From Octopus vulgaris (Eukaryota): a DNA stretch of 64,000 bases. Shown in pieces: positions 29,698-43,500 of the stretch (position 1 is its first letter; each line of letters starts with the position of its first letter). Made by a program: the position numbers and the translations under genes. The stretch is from assembly GCA_951406725.2 (NCBI GenBank), contig OX597828.1, forward strand, positions 75,330,001 through 75,394,000, read 5' to 3'. The notes beneath the pieces were generated by a model. The model was given only the letters and a program-made list of their open reading frames with translations, made no database searches and was not told the DNA's origin.

Positions 29698-30381
29698 TTT
29701 AACCTGTTCGCTTTTGCCGATATTTTTGTTGTGATATCAATATGGCAATTAAAAGCTGTCGACATTCATCTTAAGCCTCTTCTTCCTTTTCTGGTAAGAG
29801 TCTGTCAATATCATTTTTTTCTGTAGAAGTCTGCTGTTGATGTCAAGTTTCAATGTCTACAGAATGGTATTTATGCCACTCGTTTCGTGGAACATAGGAG
29901 CTAGAGAGACAATTGCCGTAAAGTTTGAGATTTAGGGAACAGTTTTTCTGAGTTCAAAATGTCAACTATGAACATTTCTTCGGACAAATTCCATTCCCAC
30001 AACGGCAGAAAAATGTTGTGACTAAATCCAGCTGCTTCGCAATATTGTAAATATATCAAGCATAAAAGATATATATCTTTTGATCGACTACAAAGAAATG
30101 GGTTACATTAGTATCTCTGGCCATTGTAGTTTCTAGGACACAGCCGGGGAATTTTTGTAACAAAAATGACAGATTTAGGGCCAAAAGCGAAGCACGAAAG
30201 CAAATTGATTCCTTGGAATATTCCCTTTGAAATATTTGAAATATTGCAATATTCACAACATCAGAGACAATCGTTCCGCTTTCGGTTCCCAGTATGAAGA
30301 ATTATTGACCAGATCTTTCAATGGCAGTAACAAAAGTAGCGGATATTTTTGCCAAATTATGCACGTACCTATGTGTGTAGC

Positions 30382-30580
<199 letters not shown>

Positions 30581-31154
30581 GTGTTTATGTATACACATAT
30601 ATTCCATACATTGAACCATAATAATGAGGCTGACGATATTGATGATGACAGTGATGGTAATGATGATGATGCTGATGACGATGATGATGGTAAGCGAAAA
30701 CCACCTCGAGTTGTGTCAACAACGCAATCGACATCAGTCAATACGGTTTCCTTGACTACCTGCCCATTCATGGCACCCTGGCATTCATCCATCTAACTCG
30801 GCAGCCATCCAACCATTCTGCCTTCCACTTGCAACCATTCTGTTTGCCTGACTGTCTGCCAGTGTGTTTGTATACCTGTTTATTATTATTATTATTTTTT
30901 TTTTTTGAAATTTAAAAATTTTTATTTCTGTAAGTTTTCTTTTAGTTTATTTTAAATATGGAGTTTTAATGATTTTCTTTTTTTAGGTTGGTCTTTCATA
31001 TTGAGGTGCAATAATACACCACGCACAAAAACAAAAGAGAAAAAAACAAAAAACAAAAACGCATGCCGATGTTATACAATTGTCCCCTTTCTGTACCTTA
31101 ATATTGCTAATCACTGTTACTTTGAACTGGTTTTATGGCACCACAAACATTTTA

Positions 31155-31645
31155 GGAGAGCAAGAAAGAGAGGGAGAGAGAGAAAGAGAGGAAGAGAGAG
31201 GATAGATGAGCGGTAACGATATGGAATAAGGCAGAAATAGAAAAAAAAAACGATATAGAGTAATTGAGAGAGAGAGTGAGAGAGAGTAAAAGGGGGTGAG
31301 ACAGTGAAAAGGAAGGAGGGAGAGTGAAAGAGGAAATAGAAGGAAAGAGACGGAGATAGAGAGCATGGGAGAGGAAGGAAATGAAAGAGAAGAAAGTGAG
31401 AGGCATTCAGATGGAACAGGAGAGATAGGAAAGGGAGAGAAAGATTGACGGGAGAGAAAGAGATGAATATTTATATAAAAAGAGAAGAAGTACAACACAG
31501 TGAATTGGAAAGAGAGAGAGAGAGAGAAAGAGAGGGACAGAGGAGGAGAGAGAAGTGAAGTTAGAGAAAAAGTGTAGAAAAAGAAAAGAAATAATAGAAA
31601 CAGAGAGGGTGTGAGAGGGAGGGAGAGGGAGCGAGAGGGTCGGAG
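31155..31645. repeat. Purine-rich GA low-complexity tract
   Basis: Directly visible. Confidence 0.9.
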
Positions 31646-31887
31646 AAAATAATTCCGCTGCTACTTGCCTTCCTTTTCTGCCCCCCACCTTCAAATTGTT
31701 TCCATTATTTTGTTATTATTTTTTTTATCTTGCAATTAACGAGAATATATTACTTTGAAACAACAACTACAACAACAACATTCACCCTTTATTCCCTCCA
31801 ACCAACCAACCAACAAAGCAACAACAGAAAAACATCATCGAAAATATACGGAAAAACCACCACCACCACCACCACCACCGACACCGT

Positions 31888-31918
<31 letters not shown>

Positions 31919-31934
31919 GAAAATGGTTCCAGAT

Positions 31935-32140
31935 TTTGGTTCAAAGCCAGAAATTTCGGGGTGAGGCGGCTAGTCGATTACATCGACCCCAGTGCTAAAC
32001 TGGTAGTTATTTTATTGACTTCGAAAGGATGAAAGGCAAAGTCGACCTCGACGGAATTTGAACTCAGAACGTAACGGCAGACGAAATACGGCTACGCATT
32101 TCGCCCGGCGTGCTAACGTTTCTGCCAGCTCGCCGCCTTA
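31935..32140 (-). mobile_element. SINE family C, near full length
   Basis: Head aaggcggcgagctggcagaaacgttagc; B-box-like gagttcaaattcc. Confidence 0.92.
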
Positions 32141-32189
32141 AGCAGTAACAACAACAACAATAACAATAATAATAATAATAATATGGCTG

Positions 32190-32333
32190 TGCCTTATCAG
32201 ACGGTGTAGTCATGATGGGTATATTGGGCTTCGTATATTTTACCCTTATCAGACGGGTAGTCATGATGGGTATATTGGGCTTCGTATATTTTACCCCAGT
32301 GTCACTTTGATGGCATGAACTGCTCTCTCACTC

Positions 32334-32334
<1 letters not shown>
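32190..32334 (+). mobile_element. 3' end of the (TAA)n-associated retroelement, with a ~52-bp tandem duplication
   Basis: Reverse complement of 57834-57925; ccttatcagacgg...gtatattttac occurs twice; (TAA)n on both sides. Confidence 0.85.
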
Positions 32335-32364
<30 letters not shown>

Positions 32365-32597
32365 GAATAGAATGTCCTGTAGAGCTTCTACAGAATGTTT
32401 GTCTCTTAGGGAGAGGAAAGATTATCAGGTGGGTTCTAAGCATTTGGAAGACTATTGAAAGACTGTGGATACCTAAGTTTACAGGTATCGGATACAGGTA
32501 ACCTGCTACCCACATGAATCCTACCAAGAGTAAGAACGAACCCGAGTCAAATCAGTAATAATATAAACAGCATTGTATCATTATTATTATTATTATT

Positions 32598-33050
32598 TGA
32601 GGGTGGCGAACTGGCAGAGTCGTTAGCGCGCTGGACGAAACGCTTAGCGGTATTTCGCCTGTCGCTATGTTCTGAGTACAAATTCCATCGAGGCCGATTT
32701 TGCTTTTCATCGTTTCGGGGTCGATAAATTAAGTACCAGTTACACACTGGGGTCGATGTAATCGACTACTCCTCTCCCCAAAATTTCAAGCCTTGTGCCT
32801 ATAGTAGAAAGGATTATTATTATTAAGGCAGCGAGCTGGCAGAATCTTTAGCACGCCGGGTGAAATGCTTAGCGGCATTTCGTCTGTCTACGTGTTCTGA
32901 GTTCCAATTCTGCCAAGGTCGACTTTGCCTTTCATCCTTTCGGGGTTGATAAAATAAGTAAATAAGTACCAGTGAAACATTGGGGTCGATGCTATCGACT
33001 ACTCCCCTCGCCATCAAAATTTCCTGCCTTGTTCTTTTAGTAGAAAGGAA
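32598..33050 (+). mobile_element. Two head-to-tail SINE family C copies (32598-32813 and 32825-33050)
   Basis: Each has head, core and a tail ending tagtagaaagga(tta)n. Confidence 0.92.
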
Positions 33051-33099
<49 letters not shown>

Positions 33100-33131
33100 T
33101 TAATTATTGTTATCGTTATTATTATTATTAC

Positions 33132-33174
<43 letters not shown>

Positions 33175-33206
33175 TTAATTATTGTTATCGTTATTATTAT
33201 TATTAC

Positions 33207-33258
<52 letters not shown>

Positions 33259-33290
33259 TTAATTATTGTTATCGTTATTATTATTATTAC

Positions 33291-33333
<43 letters not shown>

Positions 33334-33365
33334 TTAATTATTGTTATCGTTATTATTATTATTAC

Positions 33366-33411
<46 letters not shown>

Positions 33412-33443
33412 TTAATTATTGTTATCGTTATTATTATTATTAC

Positions 33444-33477
<34 letters not shown>

Positions 33478-33519
33478 TTAATTATTGTTATCGTTATTAT
33501 TATTATTACTATTATTATT
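33051..33519. repeat. Higher-order (ATT)n array, 6 units marked by TTTAATTATTGTTATCGTT
   Basis: Marker at about 33097, 33173, 33256, 33331, 33409 and 33475. Confidence 0.93.
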
Positions 33520-33731
33520 AAGGCGAAGAGGTGGCGGAATCGTTAGCACGCCGGGCGAAATAGCGATATTTCGTCCGCCTTGACGTTCAGAGTTCAAATG
33601 TTGCCGAGGTCGACTTTGCCTTTCTTCCTGTCGATGTGGATAAATTAAGTACCAGTTAAGTACTGGGGTCGATGTAATCGACTCATCCCTTCCCCCACAA
33701 AAATTCAGGCCTTGTGCCTCTAGTAGAAAGG

Positions 33732-33732
<1 letters not shown>
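33520..33732 (+). mobile_element. SINE family C
   Basis: Colinear with the 32825 copy. Confidence 0.9.
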
Positions 33733-33775
<43 letters not shown>

Positions 33776-33820
33776 CATTGTTGTTGTTGTTGTTGTTGTT
33801 ATTATTACTATTATTATTAC

Positions 33821-33896
<76 letters not shown>

Positions 33897-33904
33897 ATTA
33901 TTAC

Positions 33905-33950
<46 letters not shown>

Positions 33951-35373
33951 GACTCAAGAAGTGTGGTATAATGAAGCTGAAATGAAGCAAGTACAGTTCT
34001 CGGGCAGGAGCAAAATGACCAAAGAGGGAAGTACTGAAACAGATTGAAAAGGAAGTCTATAATGATGGAGAAGGAGATGGAAGAACAGCGCACGAATTTG
34101 ATTGGATGGAATAAAATCCAACAGGCTATAGCATCACTTCGGCATGGAGCTGGAATCATAAACTGGTAAAAGAAAGAACTGAAAGGTACGGATACGAAGA
34201 CATGGTAACTATTGACAGTGCACTAAGCATCTCATCCCAAGAGTGACACTGAGAGGTTGTCCTTGTCCAGAAGAACGCGTGAGAGGGGTTTGACCACTTG
34301 TCAGGGTTTTGTTGAAGCAGTGGAAAACAGTTTAGGGAGGTTTGTCAAAAATGCCGTGGAACCGTTGTTGATGTAGGTAAAGTTCCGCATCATCAAAACT
34401 GATAATTGTCTTAAGAAAGAGAAATTTAAAGAGGAAAAGAACATGAAAAGGGAAATAGCGTAGAAAGGGGAGAAAATGTACGGTCAGTTTGCCAGAGATA
34501 CGAGTACAAAGACAGATACAGAAGGCCGGTGGTTATGGATGCGGAAGAGAGACTTGATAGAAACAGAAGCACATATATGCGCGGTGCAAGAGCAAGCTTT
34601 GGGGACAAACTATGGGAAGTGCAGAATTGATAAAAAAAACCCCACCAGCTGTGAGCCACAAATGCAAATGTGTGGTGAAAGGGGTGAAACAGTGTTGCAT
34701 ATTGTTAGAGAAAGCACGATATTGGCACGAGACAACAAAGGGCGACATGACAATGTAGTAAGAATGATCCATTGGGAGCTCTGTGGAAATTATTGTCTAG
34801 AAAGATCAAAGATGTGGTATGACCAAATCTCAGAAGGAGTTAACGAGGATTACGAAATCCTATGAGATGTAATGATTCAGTGTGATCATCAGATTAGATA
34901 TCGGAGTTCTGACATTGTTGTGGTGAACAGAAAAGAAGAAAGGAAAACAAAAACATGCATTATTATCGACAAAGCATGTCCTGATGACAACAGGATCGAA
35001 GACAAAGAAAAAAAGTGAACGACTGTTATGAATTGAAGTGGTAAATACGCAGGTTATGGACAATGAAGAAAGTGGGCATGAATACCGATTGTGATGAGGG
35101 CGCTCGCAAGTATCAGCACTCAACTACCAACGCGGCTCAAAAACATTGGAACAAATATAAAGATATAAGACCTACAAAAAATCATCATTGCTCGCAGTTG
35201 CAAGAGATCTCCGCTGGGTTCACCGCTGGGTTCACCGCTGGGTTCACCGCTGGGTTCACCGCTGGGTTCTTGAAGCATGGTGAGTAAACAAACGTCACCA
35301 TAGTCTGCTGGCCGCGGACAGCTGACAGTTTTTTTTTATCATACTCAGCAAAATAAGCTAAGAGTTTTCATGA
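33951..35373 (+). mobile_element. 5'-truncated, pseudogenised RLE-type non-LTR retrotransposon (R4/Dong-like)
   Basis: Broken frames give LRHGAGIINW, HPKSDTERL..R...RGL, MYGQF, AVQEQALGTN, a CCHC-like C..CGERGETVLHIV, RHDNV, and endonuclease-like SDIVVV...IIIDKACP; multiple stops and frameshifts. Confidence 0.88.
35211..35269. repeat. 12-bp tandem (CCGCTGGGTTCA)x5 inside the LINE 3' end
   Basis: Directly visible. Confidence 0.95.
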
Positions 35374-35394
35374 AATAATAGTAATAATAATAAT

Positions 35395-35608
35395 CTTTTC
35401 TATTATAGGCACGAGGCCTGAAATTTTGTGAGGAGGGGGGGGCTAGTCGATTACGGCGACCCCAGTGCTTCACTGGTACTTAATTTATCGACTTCAAAAA
35501 ATAAAAGGCAAAGTCGACCTCAGCGTAATTTAAATTCAGAATGTAAAGACGGATGAAATGGTGTTAAGCATTTTGCATGGCGTGCCAACGATCCTGCCAG
35601 CTTCCCTT
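35395..35608 (-). mobile_element. SINE family C
   Basis: Reverse complement of family C consensus. Confidence 0.88.
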
Positions 35609-35632
35609 AATAATAACAACAACAACAACAAC

Positions 35633-35694
<62 letters not shown>

Positions 35695-35955
35695 TAGTAA
35701 AAATGATAATAATGATAACAACCTCTGATTTAGGCGCGAGGCTAGCAATTTTCTGGGAAAGGTGTTTATCACTCAAACTCACACGAAATAAATTCCAATC
35801 AGGTGATCATATCGAGATGTAAAATGAAGATACACCTTTAGCAAGTTTTTCAGCTGCGGCCTCGAGCTGACCAATAAAGTGTGAGAGATATAAGCTGATT
35901 TCTCTGATGAGACACAAGTCGCAACGTTGGTCCGTGATATAATAAAACACTAAAA

Positions 35956-35998
<43 letters not shown>

Positions 35999-36189
35999 CA
36001 TTACGTCGTTTGGTTTCACCCCGACGGAATAATAATGAAATCTAGCATCAAATGCAGGAACCAACTGCTGTGTGGAGAATTAAGATCGTAACTCTGTATA
36101 TGCGCGTTTGAAGTGCGATGATAGGAATAGGTTGAAAGTGGAATCGATATTCAGTTTGAGATATCAGCACACACACACACGCACACACA

Positions 36190-36244
<55 letters not shown>

Positions 36245-36329
36245 ACCTATGTAAATGTTCTCTCCAGTCGAGGACGATGTATAAGCGTTCAGTTACTCAT
36301 TTAACTGAAACACCTAGTCATTATTTTGT

Positions 36330-36470
36330 TTCAGTGGTTGAATATTTCATGGATACACGCACCACACAGCTCAGTGGTTGAATATTCCATAGACACATAT
36401 ATCCTTAACGTAGTTGTCAGCTAGAATCAACGTGACGCAGTGTGACAGATCTTTCTCTTTCGACTGCAAG
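36330..36470 (-). mobile_element. Degenerate fragment of SINE family A tail
   Basis: gtggttgaatattccatagacac...ccttaacgtagtt...cgtgacgcagtgtgaca resembles 53876-53952. Confidence 0.6.
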
Positions 36471-36876
36471 CACCATCCATCCGACCTGCTTCCACACACC
36501 TTCTGTCTGTTTCTTTCCGAATCTACGATAACAGATATCTATACCCAAGATACAGCGCTTTTGAAGGAAGCCCAGGTCTTCTGTCTGCGACACAAACTTC
36601 TTAGTTACGCGGCCCTTTGCAAACTTGATCGCTTCCTTATGTATGTAATTTCATCTGCTCAGATCATATTTATCATAAATTAATGCAGTTATTTACTATA
36701 AACCATCCGCTACATATATGTGTGTGTGCAAGACTTAAGTGTGTGTACATGGATGCATACGCAACAGAACTCAGCGATGTGATCTTATATATATTCTGAT
36801 GATGAATATGGAATCTACACTAGAAACACACACACACACAAATTATATATAAATACACACATATAAAAGCGTTTAG

Positions 36877-36929
<53 letters not shown>

Positions 36930-36944
36930 TATAAAAGCGTTTAG

Positions 36945-36979
<35 letters not shown>

Positions 36980-37166
36980 CATATACACGCGCACACAACT
37001 ACACATATACACGCACACTGTCTTATGGATGGAGATAAATAGATAAATCAATAAATATATATATATATATATACATATATATAAACACACGTATGCATAT
37101 TATATATATACACACACATATATAAGACTACTATGTATGTAATATATATATATATATAAACACTAG

Positions 37167-37220
<54 letters not shown>

Positions 37221-37700
37221 CATATATATACGTACATACATATATATATACATATATATACATATATGTATATATATATTTATACATATGTATATACAAG
37301 TATATAAAGATACAAATGTAGAAAGGTCAACTCCCATTTCAGCTGCTGTATCCAATATTTCTCTCAAGAACACACCACCACCACGCCGCTCCCCTCATCC
37401 ACCCCGTTGCATCCCATTTCTTCACAAACATTTCAATCTATGGCTTCTGGCATTGGATTGTCTGTTGTGTCTATTTTACTGTCATAAAATACTAAATTAG
37501 TCAGCTCTTTTCTTCCCTTAATTCCCTCACCATTATTACCAACTACCAACACACACACACACACACACAACCATCTACGTACACGCATATTAGAAATATG
37601 TGTGTGTGCAAACAGACATTACTATACATATATATGTATGAATATATACTTGTATATGAATATATACTTGTATATAAATACATACTCGTATATGAATGCA

Positions 37701-37746
<46 letters not shown>

Positions 37747-37845
37747 CATACCATAATATATATAAATATATACTTCTGTATATAACGTATACATATATAC
37801 TTACACGCCATAATGTATATAAATATATACTTCTATAGATATAAC

Positions 37846-37886
<41 letters not shown>

Positions 37887-37988
37887 CATACTCGCATAAA
37901 CATAGCTTATATGTATATATACTTATGTGTATATATATATCAGTCGTACGAAATACACAGATACACACAAACACGTGTGCGTGCGTGC

Positions 37989-38049
<61 letters not shown>

Positions 38050-38349
38050 CGTGTGTGTGTTCACGCACCCAAACATACACACAATGTATATACAAACAAA
38101 TATGTGAAACTAAAAAAAAAGATTGTTTTGCGATCTAAATATTGATTTCCCCGAAGAGCAGCAGCAGCAGCAGCAGCAGCAGTTTCTGATGAAATGGTTT
38201 TTATTTTACGAAGGAACAAACAAAAGGGTAAACAGTAATAAAACAAAAGACAAAAAACAACAACAACAACAAAACAACACAAAAAAACACTAACATAAAC
38301 CCACAAACAATATCTCTGTCGTAATGGTGCCGCTATCGATGCTCACATC

Positions 38350-38800
38350 GATGATGACAACGATGATGATGATGATGATGGCGGTGAGGATTAAGATGAT
38401 GATGATAATTGTGGTGATGATGATGATTATATTAATGATGATGGTGTTGACGGCGATGGTTGCAATGGCATCGCAGATGACGATGGTGATGTTTTTGATA
38501 ATGTTGATGATGATGATGATGGTGCTAATGATGATGGTGGTAATGATGGTGATGATAATGTTGTTGCTGATGATGATGTTGGTGATGTTGATGGTGATAG
38601 TGACGATGATGATGGTGATGATGATGATGATGATGATGATGATGGTGATGATGGTGATGATGATGGTGGTGGTGGTGATAATAATGATAATGACACCAGT
38701 TATGTTGATAATGATGATTACGTTGTTGGTGATGATTGCAATGTTATTGTAGAAGACGATGATGATGATGGTGATGATGGGAGAATGATGACGATGATGG
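38350..38800. repeat. Degenerate (GAT/GGT)n trinucleotide
   Basis: Directly visible; source of the poly-Met ORF. Confidence 0.93.
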
Positions 38801-39539
38801 CGTTTGGACTAATGGTAACCATGATTTAAGTGTTAGTTGCTGTTTTCGTAGATGTTGTTATTGTTGTTGCGGTGGTGGTTGTCGGTGGTGGTTGGCGTTA
38901 CGATTTCTCAATTCAACTCAAATTATCGTTAAAGCTCCGCAAATATATTCTCTGAAGAATCTACCAATTTTACGATGAGAAAGATTACGTTCTTGAAGAA
39001 TCTCTCCCCCCCTCTCCATCGTTCTTATGATGATATCACTTTTGTTTGTGTGGTGGTTGTGGCCGTGGTGGCAGTGTTGTTGTTGTTTGTAATTGTTCTA
39101 GTAGTGGTAGTAATGGCTGATAGTTCTTGTTGCTTTTGTTGTTGTGGTTCAGGTGGTAGTATTCTCTGTGTTAGTAATTCTGTTATTAGTGTAGTTTTGG
39201 TAGCGTTGGTGCTGGTAGTGCTAGCGTTGTTGGCGTGGTAGTTGTGTTGGTGTTGGTAGCAGTAGTAGTAGTGGTAGTGTAGATGTTATAGTTGTTGGTC
39301 GTGGTAGTAGTGCTGTTAGTTGTGTTTATGTGATAGTAAGCTGTGGTGGTCATGATGCTGGTAGAGGTGGTGGAGATTTTAGCAGAGATAGCAGTGGTGG
39401 TTGTAGTTTTGGTGTTGTTTATGGTAGTGGTGGTGGTGGGTGACGGGGCTGTGATGGGTGTATTTTTGTTTCATCTTGCTTATATTTTGTGTATGTCGTA
39501 ACCGTCAATTTCGGGAAATAGTGGAAGAAATATACTCAG

Positions 39540-40011
39540 GAAGAAGGGAGAGAGAATAAAGCACGTGCACACACACACACACACATGTACAGAGGGAGAG
39601 AGAGAACAAAAGTATAGAGAGGGGAAGAAGGGAGAGAGAAGCAAGAAGAAATGCTGCAAGTGAGAGAGAGAGAAAGAGAGAGGAGGGAGAGAAGCAAGAG
39701 GAAATACTGCAAGCGAGAGGGAGAGAAAGGGACAGAGAGAGCGAGGAAGAGAAAAACAAAACTAGAGAGAGGGGAAGAAGGGAGAGAGAGAGAGAGAGGC
39801 AAGAGGAAATGCTGCAAGTGAGAGGGAGAGAAAGAGACAGAGAGAGCGAGGAAGAGAAAAACGAAACTAGAGAGAGGGGAAGAAGGGAGAGAGAGAGAGA
39901 GAGGCAAGAGGAAATGCTACAAATGAGAGAGAGATAGAGAGAGAGTTGGGAGAGAGAGGAGGAGAGAGAAAACCAGACGTAGACAGAGACAGAAAGAGAA
40001 AGAGAGACAGA

Positions 40012-40060
<49 letters not shown>

Positions 40061-40065
40061 GAAGA
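39540..40065. repeat. GA-rich tract containing a 105-bp tandem unit
   Basis: caagaggaaat recurs at 39695, 39800 and 39905. Confidence 0.9.
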
Positions 40066-40756
40066 AACTTAGCGTGGATGCGTGGTATTTTATGATCATT
40101 TAGATAACGAAGAGAAGAAAACGAAGAAAATTAGAAAAAGACGCGAAGAAGATTTCAAAGAGAATAAGAAAAAGTGCGAGGGAAGGAAAAGATGGAAATA
40201 TTTAAAAATGGACGACGAATGAAGATTAAATTTACGTCCCTCGATAGAAAAAACATTCAGACTTAATTTCTCTCTCTTTCTCTCTCATACAAAAATGGTT
40301 GCACGGAAATAGAAGCATAAGAATCTCCGACGAAATGGATTCGTCTCAGGCCTACAAGGAACCTTGAGTGGTGAGTTTATAATGCGTGATGGAACGCCAA
40401 CTAAATATCAGTGATTCTTTTGTTTGTCCCCTCATATATGCGTGTATGCATGTATGTATGTATATTTATATATACATACATATATGTGTGTACGAGAGTG
40501 TAAGCGTATTTGTGAACACATGTATATATATATATATATATACACATACACACACACATATATATATAGTGCTACATGAGCTCTGTCTGACGTGATCACA
40601 TGTACTATGTAGTAATATTGCAAATCATTTGTATTCATATTCAAGATTATGTAAACCATTTAGTGTTGAAACTATCGTAACGAAGGAGTAAATGCATATC
40701 TAACGACCATTATTGAATATATGTATGTGTGTGTGTGCATATATATATTCTTTTAT

Positions 40757-40968
40757 TCTTTTACTTGTTTCAGTCATTTGACTGCGGCCATGCTGGAGCA
40801 CCGCCTTTACTCGAGAAAATCGACCCCTGAACTTACTCTTTGTAAGCCTAGTACTTATTCTATCGGAGTCTTCTGCCGAACCGCTAAGTTACGGGGATGT
40901 AAACACACCAGCATCAGTTGTCAAGCGATGTTGAGTGGGAAGACAAATACAGACACAGAAACATATAC

Positions 40969-41035
<67 letters not shown>

Positions 41036-41180
41036 ACGGTCTTCTTTGTGTCTACCAAATCCATTCACAAGGCTTTGGTCGGCCCGAGGGTATAGTAGAA
41101 GGCATTTGTTCAAGGTGCCACGCAGTAGGATTGAACCCGGAACCATGTAGTTGGTAAGCATGCGACTTACCACACCGCCT
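40757..41180 (-). mobile_element. SINE family B with expanded internal (TA)n
   Basis: Colinear with 11844-12235. Confidence 0.92.
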
Positions 41181-41580
41181 CTCTATGTATGTATATATAT
41201 ATATTCGTACACTCTAGTGTATTTTGCGTGTATCGTTGAACATGCATTCATGCATGTAAACTTATATTCTTACATGCATATAGATGCATGTGTGTGTCAG
41301 CGTGTGCAAAGATGGAGTTTTAAAACGAAATTAACAGTTTAATTACCTGGTAAGGAATATAGAATTCTTCAGTAAGAATTTGGCGAAATGCCTCCAAGAC
41401 TAACGAATTCCGACTTCCTGTCCAATCCCTAGTCCTGCAATAGAATGGGCAACTTCCCGATAAAAGGAATTTAGATTGAAGGTTTCCAGCTCTGTATAGA
41501 GAGGAAGCCAAGTGTTGACCACTTCTATCCATCTGTCCATCTGTCTGCCTGCCGCCTGCTTGCCCATCTGTCTGTGTCTG

Positions 41581-41611
<31 letters not shown>

Positions 41612-41631
41612 TCTTACGCTATCTCAGTCTC

Positions 41632-41682
<51 letters not shown>

Positions 41683-42227
41683 TAATCTGTATCTCGGTTT
41701 AAACACCCCTAGTTGCTCCTTGGGTTCCTTTAGCAGAATCCACTTTGCTGCCAGCATTCGGGACAGGTTTCAACATTTTAAGAAAACCTTTTATCCTTCT
41801 CATCCACTAGTCTTGGAGGCCCTGTTAAGGGGCAAAGTCACTGACCTTCTCTCCGACTAAATGATACATAGTGTGCGCGTGCACACCCGTTTAGTGTGTC
41901 GACTGTCGGAATATCACAGTAGAAATGAATAATATTCTTTGAATTAGTCGAGTGACTCTTGTTTTCCTCTGAAATTTCAGCAGCCAAATCAAACAGACAT
42001 AACTTGTCTAATGAATGATGAAGCTGTGAGCAAACAAATGAAACTCCAGACTGCAAAGAGTCCGACTCGGCCAATATCCATAAATGGAAAAATCCTCGAG
42101 TAAGCCATTAATCACTGGAAATACAACAGAAACTGGGCAACGGGGAGAGAAATTAACTTACTTTATCGGATTTTGCTTGTTGGTCACTTATATTATTGTT
42201 ATTATCTATTTTACTACCAATAATAAT

Positions 42228-42629
42228 TCTCTTTTACTTGTTTCAGTCATTTGACAGCGGCCATGCTGGAGCACCGCCTTTAGTCGAGCAAATCGACCCC
42301 AGGGCTTATTCTTTGTAAGCCTAGTACTTATTCTATAGGTTTCTTTTGCCGAATCGCTAAGTTACGGGAACGTAAATACACCAGCATCGGTTGTCAAGCG
42401 ATGTTGGGGGCGGGGAGTCAAACACAGACACACACACAAACACACACACACACACACATACATTCATATATACATATACATATATACGACGGGCTTCTTT
42501 CATTTTCCACTCACAAGGCTTTGGTCAGCCCGAGGCTATAGTAGAAGACACTTTCCCAAGGTGCCACGCAGTGGGACTGAACCCGAAACCATGTGGTTGA
42601 TAAGCAAGCTACTTACTACACAGCCACTC
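42228..42629 (-). mobile_element. SINE family B
   Basis: Colinear with 11844-12235. Confidence 0.92.
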
Positions 42630-42792
42630 AATAATCTCTATATAAATATTTTTTGAATATTCATTCATTTATGAAATATATACACTCATCACGGCAAGTT
42701 CACTCTACCCTTTTCACTTTTTTCTATATGTTTTAAAGTCTTGCCGACGCAGAGCTTTCTCAGTATTTCCTGATTATATATATATATATATA

Positions 42793-42930
42793 TAGCTTGC
42801 TTACCAACCACATGGTTCCGGGATCGGTCCCACTGTGTGGCACCTTGCACAAGTGTGTTCTACTATAGCCTCGGGCCGACAAAAGCCGTGTGAGAGGATT
42901 TGGTTGACGGAAACTGAAAGAAGTCCGACG

Positions 42931-43013
<83 letters not shown>

Positions 43014-43232
43014 GTGTGTGTTTGTGTACGTGTGTTTGTGTGTCTGCGTTTGTTCCCCCACCATCGTTTGACAACCGATGCTGGTGTGTTCACGTTCGCG
43101 AAACTTAGCGGTTCAGCAAAGGAGGCCAATAGAATAAGTACTAAGCTTATAAAGATTAAGTCCTGGAGTCGATTTATTCGACTAAAGGTGGTAGACCAGC
43201 ATGGCCACAATCAAATGACAAACAAGTAAAAG
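42793..43232 (+). mobile_element. SINE family B, inverted relative to its neighbour
   Basis: Head (slightly truncated) through tail acaagtaaaag. Confidence 0.92.
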
Positions 43233-43238
43233 TATAAA

Positions 43239-43310
<72 letters not shown>

Positions 43311-43322
43311 TACATATATATA

Positions 43323-43500
43323 TAGTCACCATGATCGACTGCTAACTCCAAAAGTGTTTTCATTCTCTCTCTATTTATTTCATCGTGTTCCTTTCTGTTG
43401 AAGAGCGTAGGCTCGAAACGTAAAAGACTTTCTCACCTTCCCGAGCGTTAAACTAATACACCTGCTTGTTGTTTATACGCCTGTCTTCGTCTTTTGTTTC
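43323..43500 (+). mobile_element. Short Penelope/retrozyme-like repeat with minimal hammerhead motif (43391-43426)
   Basis: CTTT-CTGTTGA-A-GAGCgtagGCTC-GAAA-CG-TA-AAAG; second copy inverted at 49583-49770; embedded in microsatellites. Confidence 0.7.

Noticed and set aside
36830-37850. Short local duplications (72 bp and 57 bp; similar ones near 22640, 55150 and 56580)
   Set aside because: Ordinary slippage products anchored in (TA)n or (CA)n.
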